A stretch of DNA of 64,000 nucleotides from contig NZ_SBIV01000010.1 in assembly GCF_004765795.1 (NCBI RefSeq), forward strand, positions 1 to 64,000, written 5' to 3'. This DNA comes from Halorussus marinus (GTDB taxonomy: Archaea; Halobacteriota; Halobacteria; Halobacteriales; Haladaptataceae). Below are positions 27,838 through 38,329 of the stretch, in pieces. Under the pieces are notes generated by a model that saw only the letters and a program-made list of their open reading frames with translations, ran no database searches and had not been told where the DNA came from. Position 1 is the first letter of the stretch. Every line of letters begins with the position of its first letter. The position numbers and the translations under genes are program-made.

Positions 27838-28419
27838 ATGAGTACGGACACGGCGTCGGTCGAACTGGTCGGCGAAGAGGCGGTCGAGAACGTCGCGCGC
27901 GCGGCGCTACTCGCCGCGCTCACGGGCGCGTTCGCGTACGTCTCGTTCCCCAATCCCGTCTCGCCGGTGACGATCAGCCTGCAGGTCCTCGGCGTCTTCC
28001 TCGCGGGACTGCTCCTCGGGCCGGTCTGGGGCGGGCTGTCGATGGTGCTGTATCTCGCCGCGGGCGCGGTCGGCGCGCCGGTGTTCGCGGGCGGGTCGAG
28101 CGGGATCGGATCGCTGGTGGGCCAGAGCGGCGGCTACCTCTGGTCGTACCCCGTCGCGGCCTTCGTCGTCGGCGCGATCGCCCACGGCGGGCTCGTCATC
28201 CGGGATCCCGCCGAGCAGAGTCTCGTTCGACTCGTGGGTGCGATGGTCGTCGGCACCGCGATCATCTACGCGTTCGGGACGATCGGGCTCTCGGTCGTAC
28301 TCGGACTCTCGCTCCGGGAGGCGTTTCTCGCCGGCGCGGTCGCGTTCATCCCCGCCGAAGCGTTCAAGATCGCGGCCGCGATCGGCATCGTCCGGAGCGA
28401 CCAGATCGCCGCCGAATAG
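27838..28419 (+). CDS. bioY: Biotin transporter S component
   Basis: SLQVLGVFLAGLLLG, YLAAGAVGAPVFAGG, GGYLWSY. Confidence 0.92.
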   Translation: MSTDTASVELVGEEAVENVARAALLAALTGAFAYVSFPNPVSPVTISLQVLGVFLAGLLLGPVWGGLSMVLYLAAGAVGAPVFAGGSSGIGSLVGQSGGYLWSYPVAAFVVGAIAHGGLVIRDPAEQSLVRLVGAMVVGTAIIYAFGTIGLSVVLGLSLREAFLAGAVAFIPAEAFKIAAAIGIVRSDQIAAE

Positions 28420-29124
28420 ATGATCGAGACCCGCGACCTCGTGCATCGGTACGGCGACGACGGGCCGCGGGCGGTCGACGGCGTCTCGCTCGCGATCCCT
28501 GACGGCGAGTTCGTCCTGCTGGCGGGCGCGAACGGGAGCGGCAAGACCACGCTTGTCCGTCACTTCAACGGCCTGTTGGCGCCGGATTCGGGCGAGGTGC
28601 TCGTCGAGGGCACGCCCGTCGGCGAGGACCTCGTCGGCGCCCGGACGACGGTCGCGATGGTGTTCCAACAGCCCCGCGACGCGTTCGTCGCCGCGACAGT
28701 GGGCGCCGACGTTGCGTTCGGCCCCGAGAATCTGGGACTCGCCCGCGCGGAGGTCGACCGCCGGGTCGGAGACGCCCTCGATGCGGTCGGGATGGCGGGG
28801 CGGGGCGACGAGCGCATCGGCGAGCTGTCGGGCGGCGAGCGCGAGCGAGTCGCGATCGCGGGCGCGCTCGCGATGGCGCCCGATCACCTCGTGCTCGACG
28901 AGCCGTTCACCGGGCTGGACGCCCCGTCCCGCGAATCGGTAGTGTCACACCTCCGCGCGCTCAGCGAGTCGGGCACCGGGGTCGTGGTCGTGACCCACGA
29001 CCTCCGGGACGTGTGGGACCTCGCCGACCGCGTGGTCGCGCTCGCCGACGGGCGGGTCGCGGTCGACGCGCCGCCGACCGACGCCCGCGACCGCCTCGCC
29101 GACCTCGGAGTCCGGGCGCCGTGA
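28420..29124 (+). CDS. ECF transporter ATPase (BioM-like)
   Basis: GANGSGKTT, LSGGE, LDEP motifs. Confidence 0.92.
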   Translation: MIETRDLVHRYGDDGPRAVDGVSLAIPDGEFVLLAGANGSGKTTLVRHFNGLLAPDSGEVLVEGTPVGEDLVGARTTVAMVFQQPRDAFVAATVGADVAFGPENLGLARAEVDRRVGDALDAVGMAGRGDERIGELSGGERERVAIAGALAMAPDHLVLDEPFTGLDAPSRESVVSHLRALSESGTGVVVVTHDLRDVWDLADRVVALADGRVAVDAPPTDARDRLADLGVRAP

Positions 29125-29828
29125 CCCTCTCGTACCGGCCGGACGACACGTTCGCCCACCGGCTCGACCCCCGGGCGAAACTCGGGTTTCAGGCCGCGTT
29201 CGCGCTGGCGGCGTTCGCGCACACCACGCCCCGCGGCCTGCTCGCGCTGACCGGCGTGACCGCGGTCGCGCTCCGGGTCTCGGGCGCGTCGGCCCGCGAG
29301 GCGATGTGGGCCTATCGGTTCGCGCTCCCGCTCTTGGCGGCGGGCCCGGTGTTCGCGGCCGCGACGCTCGGCCCGCCGTGGGTCCGCCCCGCCGAGGGTT
29401 TCGACACCGCGCTGGCGAGCTACCGGGTGGTGCTCGTGTTGCTCGTGAGCGCGGCGTACCTCCGGTCGACGCCGGTCCGGGAGTCGCGGGCCGCGATCCA
29501 GCACCTCGTGCCCGGGCGGGCCGGCCAGTTTCTCGGCGCGGGCGTCGGCTTCGTGTTCAGGTTCTTCCCCGTGCTTCGCGGGGACCTCCGGCGGATCCGG
29601 GACGCCTCGGCCGCCCGACTCGGCGGCGAGCAGTCGGTGGTCGACCGGATTCGGCGGGTCGGGGTCGCCGGGCTGGCGCGGGCGCTCGCGCGAGCCGACC
29701 GGTTCGCGGTCGCGCTCCGGGCGCGGTGTTTCGCGTGGAACCCGACGCTCCCACACCTGTCGCTCTCGCGGACCGACGTGCCGGTGATCGCCGCGTCCGT
29801 CGCGCTCGCGGCGTGGGCGGTGGTCTGA
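29121..29828 (+). CDS. ECF transporter T component (BioN-like)
   Basis: HRLDPRAKL, AARL and LRARCF X-R-X motifs; GTGA overlap. Confidence 0.88.
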   Translation: MTLSYRPDDTFAHRLDPRAKLGFQAAFALAAFAHTTPRGLLALTGVTAVALRVSGASAREAMWAYRFALPLLAAGPVFAAATLGPPWVRPAEGFDTALASYRVVLVLLVSAAYLRSTPVRESRAAIQHLVPGRAGQFLGAGVGFVFRFFPVLRGDLRRIRDASAARLGGEQSVVDRIRRVGVAGLARALARADRFAVALRARCFAWNPTLPHLSLSRTDVPVIAASVALAAWAVV

Positions 29829-29894
29829 CCGGAAGCTGTTCACGTTCTTATAGTATCGGATCGAACTATCCCGGAAGCCGTGGTATTTGGCCCC

Positions 29895-30353
29895 ATGGGG
29901 CTGTTTCGGGGGACTAAACTGGCAGTCGTGGGCGCTCTCGGTGCGGTGATCGGGTGGTGGATCGACGCCGAGGGAACCGTCCGGCAGTACGAGTCCGTCG
30001 AGTGGCTACTCGAACGCCCGGCGCTCCGGGGAGTCGTCTTCGAACACGCCGCGCTGGTCGACTGGAGCGTCGGCGCGTTCGTCGCCGTGGTCGCGATCGA
30101 CCTGCTCGGAACGATCGGAGCCCGAAACCGAGACGAGACGGTCAGTTCGACGCTGGGCGTCGGAAAGGGCGTCGTCGCGGTCGGGGCGGCCGTCCTCGGA
30201 GCGAGCTACGCCGACGCGCTGTTCGGGGCGCTGGTTCGGCGCGCGCCCGCCGCCGCCGAGTTGGTCCGGACGTCTCTGGGCGGCGAGGCGGCGTTCGGCT
30301 TCGCGGTCGGGCTCTGGATCGGGGCGGTGGTCGCCGACGAGGCGCGACTCTGA
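29895..30353 (+). CDS. Hypothetical membrane protein
   Basis: About 4 hydrophobic segments. Confidence 0.6.
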   Translation: MGLFRGTKLAVVGALGAVIGWWIDAEGTVRQYESVEWLLERPALRGVVFEHAALVDWSVGAFVAVVAIDLLGTIGARNRDETVSSTLGVGKGVVAVGAAVLGASYADALFGALVRRAPAAAELVRTSLGGEAAFGFAVGLWIGAVVADEARL

Positions 30354-30439
30354 AAAACGATAAACTCGAAGTCTGTTTTTCGAAGGTGGGAGCGTCCGAG
30401 TCGGTAAAACTTAAGCGAATCCTGTCCACCGTGTAAGGC

Positions 30440-32566
30440 ATGGACAACTTCGTCGTGATGCAGGCGGGGAGCGAGGTCACCCGCCCGACGTTCTGGAGGA
30501 TCGGCCACATCGGCGAGGCCATCTTCTACTACCTCGCGTTCGTGGCGATAGCCATCTTCGCGTACGGCGTCTACGACCGGTTCGCCACCTACGCTCGGGG
30601 GACCGAATCGTGGTTCGACCGCCTCGACGGGCTGGCCGGTCGGGTCGGGTCGGCCGCGAAGATCGTCTTCTCGAACGAAAAGCAGTTCGATCGGGACCTC
30701 TACGCGGGCGTGATGCACGCGTTCATCCTCTGGGGGTTCCTGACGCTGCTCATCGGGACGACCATCCTGATGATCGACATGGACTTCTGGACGAAGCTGT
30801 TCGGGCAGGACTCCTTTTTCGTCGACGAGTTCTACCTCTCGTACTCGCTGGTGATGGACGCGATGGGGCTGTTGTTCGTCGTCGGAGTCGGGATGGCGAT
30901 CTACCGGCGCTACTGGGTCCGGAACGGCCGGCTGTGGGGGAAACACACCTCCGCCGAGGACGACCTGTTCGTCTGGACGCTGTTCTTGCTCGGGGTCGGC
31001 GGCTACGTCACCGAGGGCGTCCGCATCCTCGGCACGAGCGCGACCCGCGACGTCTCGTTCGAGACCGTGAGCTTCGTCGGCTGGTTCGTCTACGACGTGT
31101 TGCGAGTCGTCGGCGTCGACGCCGAGATGGCGACCGCCGCCTATCCCGTGGTCTGGTGGTCCCACGCGCTGCTGGCGCTGGCGTTCGTCGCCGCGATCCC
31201 GTACGCCAAGCCGTTCCACATGATCTCGTCGTTCGCGAACGTCGTGACCCGCGACGAGAAGGCCGGCAAGCGGCTCCCGGGCGTGCCCGACGACGCCAGC
31301 CCCGAGGAGATCGGCCACGGCTCGATCGAGGACTTCTCGTGGAAGGAACTGCTCGACCACGACGCCTGTACCAAGTGCGGCCGGTGTTCGTCGGTCTGTC
31401 CCGCGAAGGCGTCGGGGCGCCCGCTCGACCCCCGGGACGTGATTCTCGACCTCAAGCAGTACCGCGAGGACCTCGACGCGGGCCGCACCGAGGAAAAGCC
31501 CATCGTCGCCGACGGCGGGAGTTCGGTCGTCGCCGCCGAGACGATGGAGTCGTGCATGTCGTGTATGGCCTGCATGGACGCCTGCCCGGTCGAGATCGAA
31601 CACGTCGAGCAGTTCACCCAGATGAACCGTCGGCTGACCGAGTCGGGCCAGATGGACCCCAACGTCCAGGACGCGATGATGAACGTGTTCCAGAACGGCA
31701 ACACGTTCGGCGAGCCCGACCGCAAGCGCCCCGACTGGGCCGACGACCTCGACTTCGAGGTGCCCGACGCCCGCGACGAACCCGTCGAGTACCTCTGGTA
31801 CGTCGGCGACTACCCGAGCTTCGACGAGCGCAACCGGAAGGTCGCCCGGTCGCTGGCGACCATCTTCGAGGAGGCCGGCGTCTCCTACGGCATCCTCTAC
31901 GACGACGAGCAGGCCGACGGCAACGACGTGCGCCGGGTCGGCGAGGAGGGCCTCTACGAGATGCTCGTCGAGGACAACGCCGCCGCCATCGCGGACTGCG
32001 AGTACGACAAGATCGTCTGTACCGACCCCCACAGCTACAACACCTTCCAGAACGAGTACCCCGAGTTCGACGCCTGCGAGTGGACCGCCGAGGACGTGTT
32101 CCACTACACCCAGATCGTCGAGGACCTGTTCCGGGATGGCGCGCTCGGGCTCGCCGGCGACGAACTCGACTACACGGTCACCTACCACGATCCCTGTCAC
32201 CTCGGGCGGTACAACGGCGAGTTCGAGGCGCCCCGCGAGATCGTGGCGGGGACCGGCTGTACGCTCGACGAGATGCCCCGCAACCGCGAGGACAGCTTCT
32301 GCTGTGGCGGCGGTGGCGGCGGGCTCTGGATGGACTTCGACGAGGACCCCAAGCCGAGCGAGGAGCGCCTGCGGGAGGCGCTCGAAGACACCGACGCGGG
32401 CGGGGCGGTCGAGAAGTTCGTCGTCGCGTGTCCGATGTGCATGACGATGTACGAGGACGGCCGGAAGACCGGCGGCTACGAGGACGACATCGAGGTAGTG
32501 GACGTCTCGGAACTCCTCGTGGAAGCCATCGGCGCGAAAGACCGCATCGAGGTCGCGGCCGACTGA
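30440..32566 (+). CDS. Membrane-bound Fe-S oxidoreductase (FadF/HdrD-like: NarI-like TM + 2x[4Fe-4S] + CCG domains)
   Basis: CTKCGRCSSVCP, CMSCMACMDACP, YHDPCHLGR, FCCGGGGG, ACPMC. Confidence 0.92.
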   Translation: MDNFVVMQAGSEVTRPTFWRIGHIGEAIFYYLAFVAIAIFAYGVYDRFATYARGTESWFDRLDGLAGRVGSAAKIVFSNEKQFDRDLYAGVMHAFILWGFLTLLIGTTILMIDMDFWTKLFGQDSFFVDEFYLSYSLVMDAMGLLFVVGVGMAIYRRYWVRNGRLWGKHTSAEDDLFVWTLFLLGVGGYVTEGVRILGTSATRDVSFETVSFVGWFVYDVLRVVGVDAEMATAAYPVVWWSHALLALAFVAAIPYAKPFHMISSFANVVTRDEKAGKRLPGVPDDASPEEIGHGSIEDFSWKELLDHDACTKCGRCSSVCPAKASGRPLDPRDVILDLKQYREDLDAGRTEEKPIVADGGSSVVAAETMESCMSCMACMDACPVEIEHVEQFTQMNRRLTESGQMDPNVQDAMMNVFQNGNTFGEPDRKRPDWADDLDFEVPDARDEPVEYLWYVGDYPSFDERNRKVARSLATIFEEAGVSYGILYDDEQADGNDVRRVGEEGLYEMLVEDNAAAIADCEYDKIVCTDPHSYNTFQNEYPEFDACEWTAEDVFHYTQIVEDLFRDGALGLAGDELDYTVTYHDPCHLGRYNGEFEAPREIVAGTGCTLDEMPRNREDSFCCGGGGGGLWMDFDEDPKPSEERLREALEDTDAGGAVEKFVVACPMCMTMYEDGRKTGGYEDDIEVVDVSELLVEAIGAKDRIEVAAD

Positions 32567-32795
32567 CCCCGCGGTCCGATCCCGCGGGGCGTCCGTGTTC
32601 TACGACCCGCGCCGAAGCGTCGCCACTCCGGAAGAGACGTCCGAAAAAGACCGCGCGTCCCGGCGCGCGGAAGTGCGCCCGCGTGGAGTTTCATTGCATG
32701 GCACGCGATGAAGCTGGCACGCGAGCGCGACCGTTGCTACGGTTCGAGCGTTGTTATGTCTGACGCCTCTGCGAACGTCGCCGAAGCGCCACCGC

Positions 32796-33509
32796 CTACA
32801 GGAAGCCGAGGAACCCGATCTCGACGGCGTACAGCGCGGCGGCCGCGAGCCACGTCTGGAAGGCCAGCGTTCCCACCGCTGACAGCACCACGAACTCCCA
32901 GTCGCGCATCTCCGCGAACCCCGCCGGGACCGTGAGCATCCCGCGGGTGAAAAGCAGGGCGTTGCTCACCGGCACGACGATCCGACCCCACCGCTGGAAC
33001 CAGCCGTCGAACCGGTCGAGTTGGCCCTCGTCGATCCGGAACCAGCGTTTGCCGAGGAGGTACTCCCGGCCGCCCCGCTTGGCGAGCAAGAAGAGGGCGT
33101 ACTGGCCGATCGTCGCGCCGACCACCGCGACGAGGATGACCGCCGCGATCGACGAGAGGTCGCTCGGGCCCTCCGCGAGCAGGGTCACCCCGAGCGGGAC
33201 CAGACTCTCGCTGGGCGCGAAGTACAGCAGCATCGCGCCCTCGAGGATCAGGATCAAAAACAGCGCGAGCAGTCCGTACTGGTCGAGCCACTGGCGGGCG
33301 AGCTCCTCGTTCCCGATGAAAAAGAGACCGACGCCGACCACCGCGGCGAGCACGATGCCGACAGTCAGCAACAACAGCCCGTTGTCCGCGAAAAATTCCC
33401 GGATCCGACCGGTGTCGGTCGCGTTCGACAGCACCAGCCCCGCCAGAAGGAGGGCGACTCCGGAAGCGAGCGGCACGTCTGCGACCAGCGCGAGCGAGGA
33501 CACGTCCAT
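32796..33509 (-). CDS. DedA family membrane protein
   Basis: LEGA..YFAPSE, GATIGQYALF, WFQRWG, VPAG. Confidence 0.85.
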   Translation of the reverse strand: MDVSSLALVADVPLASGVALLLAGLVLSNATDTGRIREFFADNGLLLLTVGIVLAAVVGVGLFFIGNEELARQWLDQYGLLALFLILILEGAMLLYFAPSESLVPLGVTLLAEGPSDLSSIAAVILVAVVGATIGQYALFLLAKRGGREYLLGKRWFRIDEGQLDRFDGWFQRWGRIVVPVSNALLFTRGMLTVPAGFAEMRDWEFVVLSAVGTLAFQTWLAAAALYAVEIGFLGFL

Positions 33510-33591
33510 CAGCTACCACGTCAGTGCGGGCGATTAAATGCGTTGTGACCGCGAACGATGCGGTTTTGGGACCGGGGCCGCAAGGGCCGAT

Positions 33592-34578
33592 ATGAATCTC
33601 ACCGACCGACCGCGCCGGCTCCGGCGCGACGGCGTCCGCGGGATGGTCAGCGAGACCGACGTGACCGCGTCGGACCTCATCGCGCCCGTCTTCGTCGACG
33701 CGACGACCGACGAGCGAGTCCCCATCGAATCGATGCCCGGCCACGAGCGCGTCCCCGTCGAGGAGGCGGTCGCGCGCGTCGAGGAGGTGCGCTCGACCGG
33801 GGTCGAGTCGGTGATGGTGTTCGGGATCCCCGAGTCGAAAGACGAGCGGGGCACTCGGGCGTGGGCCGACGACGGCGTCGTCCAGGAGGCGACCCGCCGG
33901 ATCGTCGACGACACCGACGCCTACGTCATCACCGACGTCTGTCTCTGTGAGTACACCGACCACGGCCACTGCGGGGTTCTGGAGGAGGGCGCCCGCGACG
34001 GCGCCGACCCCCGGCTGACCGTCGAGAACGACGAGACCCTCGATCTCCTCGGGAAGATCGCGGTCTCGCACGCCGCGGCCGGGGCCGACATGGTCGCGCC
34101 CTCGGGGATGATCGACGGGATGGTCGGGGCGATCCGGTCGGCGCTCGACGACGCGGCGTTCCGGGACGTGCCGATCATGAGCTACGCCGCCAAGTACGAG
34201 TCGGCGTTCTACGGCCCGTTCCGGGACGCCGCCGACGGCGCGCCGGCGTTCGGCGACCGCCGACACTACCAGATGGACCCCGCCAACAGGCGCGAGGCGA
34301 TGCGGGAAGTGCGCCTCGACGTCGAGCAGGGCGCGGACGCGCTGATGGTCAAGCCGGCGCTCCCGTACCTCGACGTCGTCCGGGACGTTCGCGAGGAGTT
34401 CGACCACCCGGTCGCGGCGTACAACGTCTCGGGAGAGTACGCGATGCTCCACGCGGCGGCCGAGAAGGGGTGGCTCGACCTCGAAGCGGCGGCGCTGGAG
34501 TCGCTGATCTCGATCAAGCGCGCCGGGGCTGATCTGATCCTGACGTACTTCGCCGAGGACGTGGCCGAACGGCTCTGA
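33592..34578 (+). CDS. hemB: Porphobilinogen synthase
   Basis: RPRRLR, DVCLCEYTDHGHCG, YAAKY.SAFYGPFRDA, MVKPA. Confidence 0.97.
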   Translation: MNLTDRPRRLRRDGVRGMVSETDVTASDLIAPVFVDATTDERVPIESMPGHERVPVEEAVARVEEVRSTGVESVMVFGIPESKDERGTRAWADDGVVQEATRRIVDDTDAYVITDVCLCEYTDHGHCGVLEEGARDGADPRLTVENDETLDLLGKIAVSHAAAGADMVAPSGMIDGMVGAIRSALDDAAFRDVPIMSYAAKYESAFYGPFRDAADGAPAFGDRRHYQMDPANRREAMREVRLDVEQGADALMVKPALPYLDVVRDVREEFDHPVAAYNVSGEYAMLHAAAEKGWLDLEAAALESLISIKRAGADLILTYFAEDVAERL

Positions 34579-34929
34579 GAGCGCCGGGAACAGAGCGCTT
34601 CTCCCGGCCGTTCGGATGGGTGCTCACGCGCGAGATGCTCCGACGCCGACCGCCTCGCGCCGGCGATCCCGGTGGACGAACGGTCGGAAGTCGACCGGTC
34701 GACCGGGGCGTTTCTGGACGGAATACAGCCTTATATCGGTAGTATCCGATTATGTATCTCACGGGCGTCGACCGACCAGATTAATTTTTGTATCATCTCA
34801 ACGCGTATCCTTATGTAGCGCTTTGCCGTCACGATATATCGTAATGCAACAACCGAATGCAGAAGAATACGAGATATTCCTGCACAGTCGTCCAGACGAT
34901 TTGGTCGAAGTGCCGGCCGAGGTGAGAGA

Positions 34930-36594
34930 ATGACGGCCGCGCCGATGCAGGTCGACCCCGAGGTGCTGGCGAACGGCGTCAACCTCGTGTGGGTGTTGGT
35001 CGTGTCGTTTCTCATCTTCTTCATGCACGCCGGCTTCGCCATGCTCGAAGCCGGGCAGGTGCGCTCGAAGAACGTCGCGAACCAGCTCACGAAGAACCTC
35101 CTGACGTGGAGCGTCGGCGTCGTAGCGTTCTTCTTCGTCGGCGCCGGCCTCTCGTCGGTCGTCGGCGCGGTCACCGGCGCCGGCGAGGCGGCCGCGTTCG
35201 CCACGCTCGACGGCGGGGATCCGAACGCGTGGGTCGACTGGCTGTTCGGGGCGGTGTTCGCGATGACCGCCGCGACCATCGTCTCGGGGGCGGTCGCGGG
35301 CCGCGTGAAGCTCCGGGCGTACGTCTCGTACACGCTGTTGCTCGCGGCGGTCATCTACCCGGTCGTCACGGGGTTCACCTGGGGGCTGGGCTTTCTCGAA
35401 CAGCTCGGGTTCACCGACTTCGCCGGCGGCATGATCGTCCACGGGATGGGCGGGGTCGCCGGGCTGACCGCCGCCTACGTGCTCGGCCCGCGGCTGGAGC
35501 GGTACAACGACGACGGCTCGGCCAACGTCATCCCCGGCCACTCGCTGACCTTCGCGGTTCTCGGGACCCTCGTCCTCGCGTTCGGCTGGTACGGCTTCAA
35601 CGTCGGCACCGCCGCGACCGTCTTCGCGGTCGAGGACGGGGCGCTCGCGCTCGGCGACTTCGCGTACGTCGGCCGGGTCGCGCTCAACACCACGCTCGGG
35701 ATGGCCGCCGGCGCCGTCGGCGCGGCCGCGGTGTCGCTGTACAAGACCGAGAAAGTCGACACTCTCTACGTCGCAAACGGCCTGCTCGCCGGGCTGGTCG
35801 GCGTGACCGCAAGCGCCGACCTCCTCACCTGGTACGGCGGGATCGCGTCGGGCTTTCTCGCGGGCGCCCAGCTACCGATCGTCTTCGAGTTCGTGGAGAC
35901 GCGGCTCAAGATCGACGACGTGTGTGCAGTGTTTCCGGTCCACGGCTCGGCGGGGATGCTCGGCGCGATCCTCCTGCCGTTCTTCAGCGTCGAGGGGTTC
36001 ACCGTCGGCCAACTGATCGCGCAGGTGGTCGGCGTCGGCGTCATCACGCTCTGGACGGTCGCGGCGACCGGCGCGGTGTTCGGGCTGTTCCGCGCGGTCG
36101 GGCAGGCCCGCGTCTCCCGCGAACACGAACTCGACGGCCTCGACAGCGCCGAGCACGGCGTCGACACCTACCCCGAGTTCGGCCGCCCCGACGTGACCGA
36201 GGGCGGAGCCAACGCGGTCCGGACCGACGGGGGCGAACTCCCCAACGCCGGCGAGATCAAGCTGGTGACCGCCGTCGTGCGCCCCGATCGCCTCGGGGAG
36301 GTCAAGACCGCACTCGCGCGGGTCGGCGCACCGTCGATCACGGTGACCGACGTCTCGGGCCGCGGGAGCCAGCCCGCCAAGACCGGCCAGTGGCGCGGCG
36401 AGGAGTACACGGTCGACCTCCACCAGAAGGTGAAAATCGAGTGCGCGGTCGCGGACGTGCCCGCCGACGAGGTCGTCGAGGCGATCCGGGAGGCCGCCGA
36501 CACCGGCGAGCCCGGCGACGGGAAGATCTTCGTGCTTCCGGTCGAGGACGCGGTGCAGGTCCGGACCGGCGCGCGCGGGACGGAAGCGGTGTAG
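34930..36594 (+). CDS. Ammonium transporter fused in frame to a C-terminal P-II (GlnK) domain
   Basis: Amt motifs [25 protein letters not shown], then [13 protein letters not shown]...GRG.Q...RGEEY...[11 protein letters not shown], with no stop between. Confidence 0.93.
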   Translation: MTAAPMQVDPEVLANGVNLVWVLVVSFLIFFMHAGFAMLEAGQVRSKNVANQLTKNLLTWSVGVVAFFFVGAGLSSVVGAVTGAGEAAAFATLDGGDPNAWVDWLFGAVFAMTAATIVSGAVAGRVKLRAYVSYTLLLAAVIYPVVTGFTWGLGFLEQLGFTDFAGGMIVHGMGGVAGLTAAYVLGPRLERYNDDGSANVIPGHSLTFAVLGTLVLAFGWYGFNVGTAATVFAVEDGALALGDFAYVGRVALNTTLGMAAGAVGAAAVSLYKTEKVDTLYVANGLLAGLVGVTASADLLTWYGGIASGFLAGAQLPIVFEFVETRLKIDDVCAVFPVHGSAGMLGAILLPFFSVEGFTVGQLIAQVVGVGVITLWTVAATGAVFGLFRAVGQARVSREHELDGLDSAEHGVDTYPEFGRPDVTEGGANAVRTDGGELPNAGEIKLVTAVVRPDRLGEVKTALARVGAPSITVTDVSGRGSQPAKTGQWRGEEYTVDLHQKVKIECAVADVPADEVVEAIREAADTGEPGDGKIFVLPVEDAVQVRTGARGTEAV

Positions 36595-36665
36595 TCGCGA
36601 CCGCTCGCTTCGGCGACGACCGTTTTTTGCCAAAATCTATGACATCACGTCCGTGATCGGGCCGT

Positions 36666-37061
36666 GTGTCCCGCGATCGAGCGACCGCTCGCGACCGCGA
36701 TCCCGCCCCGGCCGACGAGCCGAGCACACGCCGGAACGTTCTGATCGGGGCCGGTGTCGCCCTCGTGACCGCGCCACTGTTGCCGTTGGCCCCGCTCTGT
36801 GGCGGCGGGGTCGCCGGCTACCTCGAACGATCGGACCTCGCCGGGGGCGCGCGGGTCGGCGCGCTCTCGGGCGGCGTCGCCGCCGTCCAGGTGTTCCTGA
36901 TCGCGTGGTTCGTCGTCAGTTTCTTGTTCGTCGGGTTCGCGCCGTTCTTCGCGATCTCGACGGTGTTCGCCGTCGCGATCGCCGGCGTCGTCGCGGCCTA
37001 TCTCGTCGTCGCGGGCGCGCTCGGTGGCGCGGCCGGCGCGTACCTCCGACGCGAGCGGTGA
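36666..37061 (+). CDS. Small membrane protein (DUF5518-like)
   Basis: GGGVAGYL, GARVGALSG, GALGGAAG. Confidence 0.7.
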   Translation: MSRDRATARDRDPAPADEPSTRRNVLIGAGVALVTAPLLPLAPLCGGGVAGYLERSDLAGGARVGALSGGVAAVQVFLIAWFVVSFLFVGFAPFFAISTVFAVAIAGVVAAYLVVAGALGGAAGAYLRRER

Positions 37062-37123
37062 CCGACGCGCCCGGTGCGGACGTGCCACTTTTTTAACGTC
37101 GTGTCGAGACCGTTCCGGTAACC

Positions 37124-37768
37124 GTGTCCGACGCCGACGGAGAGATCCCACTGTCGCCCGAGTCGCTCGACAGCGGAACGAACGTGCTCGTCGCCGGAGA
37201 GCCCCTGACGAGAAAGCGCTCGGTGATGGTGGAACTGCTGGACACGCCCGATCGGGGAGCCATCCTCGCTTCGACCAAACAGCCCGCGGCCCGGCTTCGC
37301 GAGGAGTTCGGCCGGCGCTACGACGCCGACGAGTGGGAGCTTCGGTTCGTCGACTGCGTGACCAAGCGCCGATCGATCGACGCCGTCCGGGAGACCGAGA
37401 CGACCCGGTACGTGACCGATCCCGGCGACCTCACCGGGATCGGGATCGAGTTCTCGGGGTTCATGCGGGAGTTCTACCACAGCGACGACATCGGCCACGC
37501 CCGGCTCGGGTTCGACTCGCTGTCGCCGGTGCTCATGTACGCCGACATCCGACGGGTCTACCAGTTCCTCCACGTCATCACCGGCAGGGTCGCGAGCTCC
37601 GGCTTCGCGGGGGTGTTCACCCTCGACACCGTCGGGGGCGACCGGCAGGTCGCAAAGCAGTTGACGCAGGTGTTCGACGCGGTCGTGGAGGTCCGAGAGA
37701 CCGACGACGCCACCGAACTCCGGGTCCGGGGCGACGACTTCGGTCCCCGGTCGTGGACGCGGTTCTGA
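37124..37768 (+). CDS. Inactive RecA/KaiC-like (RAD55-like) domain protein
   Basis: NVLVAGEPLTRK (degenerate Walker A), PGDLTGIGI, FDSLS, VFDAVVEVR. Confidence 0.78.
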   Translation: MSDADGEIPLSPESLDSGTNVLVAGEPLTRKRSVMVELLDTPDRGAILASTKQPAARLREEFGRRYDADEWELRFVDCVTKRRSIDAVRETETTRYVTDPGDLTGIGIEFSGFMREFYHSDDIGHARLGFDSLSPVLMYADIRRVYQFLHVITGRVASSGFAGVFTLDTVGGDRQVAKQLTQVFDAVVEVRETDDATELRVRGDDFGPRSWTRF

Positions 37769-37773
37769 GCCGG

Positions 37774-38214
37774 TTACTCGTCCTGGAGGTGCTGTTTCGC
37801 CAGATCGACCATCGGAGACTCGCGCCGGTCGAAGACGAACGCGAGCCCGGACCACTCCCGGTAGGGAAAGTGTGCGACCTGCACGTTCTCGTACCACCGG
37901 ATCGTGGCGTCGAGACTCCCGAAGTCGAACAGCGGCTCCTCGCGGGGCGGGTCGCCCAGCCCCTTCATCACGAGGGTCTCGATGCGGGCTTCGAGTTCGT
38001 CGTCGGTGTGGCGCTCGCGGACGTCCTCGCGGACGAACAGCACGTCCGACTCGTCGGCGCTGAACCGGACCGCGAGCCGGAGCGGGGCGTCCTCGCGGTC
38101 CCGGAGCTGGTGGATCAGCTCGCGGATGTCGTCGTTGACGTCGGCCATCTCGTCTTCGATCTCGTCCAGTTCCTCGTCGAGGTTCTCGCGGGGGTCCTGT
38201 GGCGCGTCGACCAT
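37774..38214 (-). CDS. Conserved-type haloarchaeal hypothetical protein
   Basis: Acidic; [25 protein letters not shown]. Confidence 0.7.
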   Translation of the reverse strand: MVDAPQDPRENLDEELDEIEDEMADVNDDIRELIHQLRDREDAPLRLAVRFSADESDVLFVREDVRERHTDDELEARIETLVMKGLGDPPREEPLFDFGSLDATIRWYENVQVAHFPYREWSGLAFVFDRRESPMVDLAKQHLQDE

Positions 38215-38329
38215 GTCGTTGAACGGACCGAGACGCGGTCGAGACATAACAGTTGGTGAAACCCGCGCCCGTCTCGGCCGGGTCGCCGAGACAGAAATGG
38301 ACTTCACGCAGGAGTCCGAACCACCGTCC

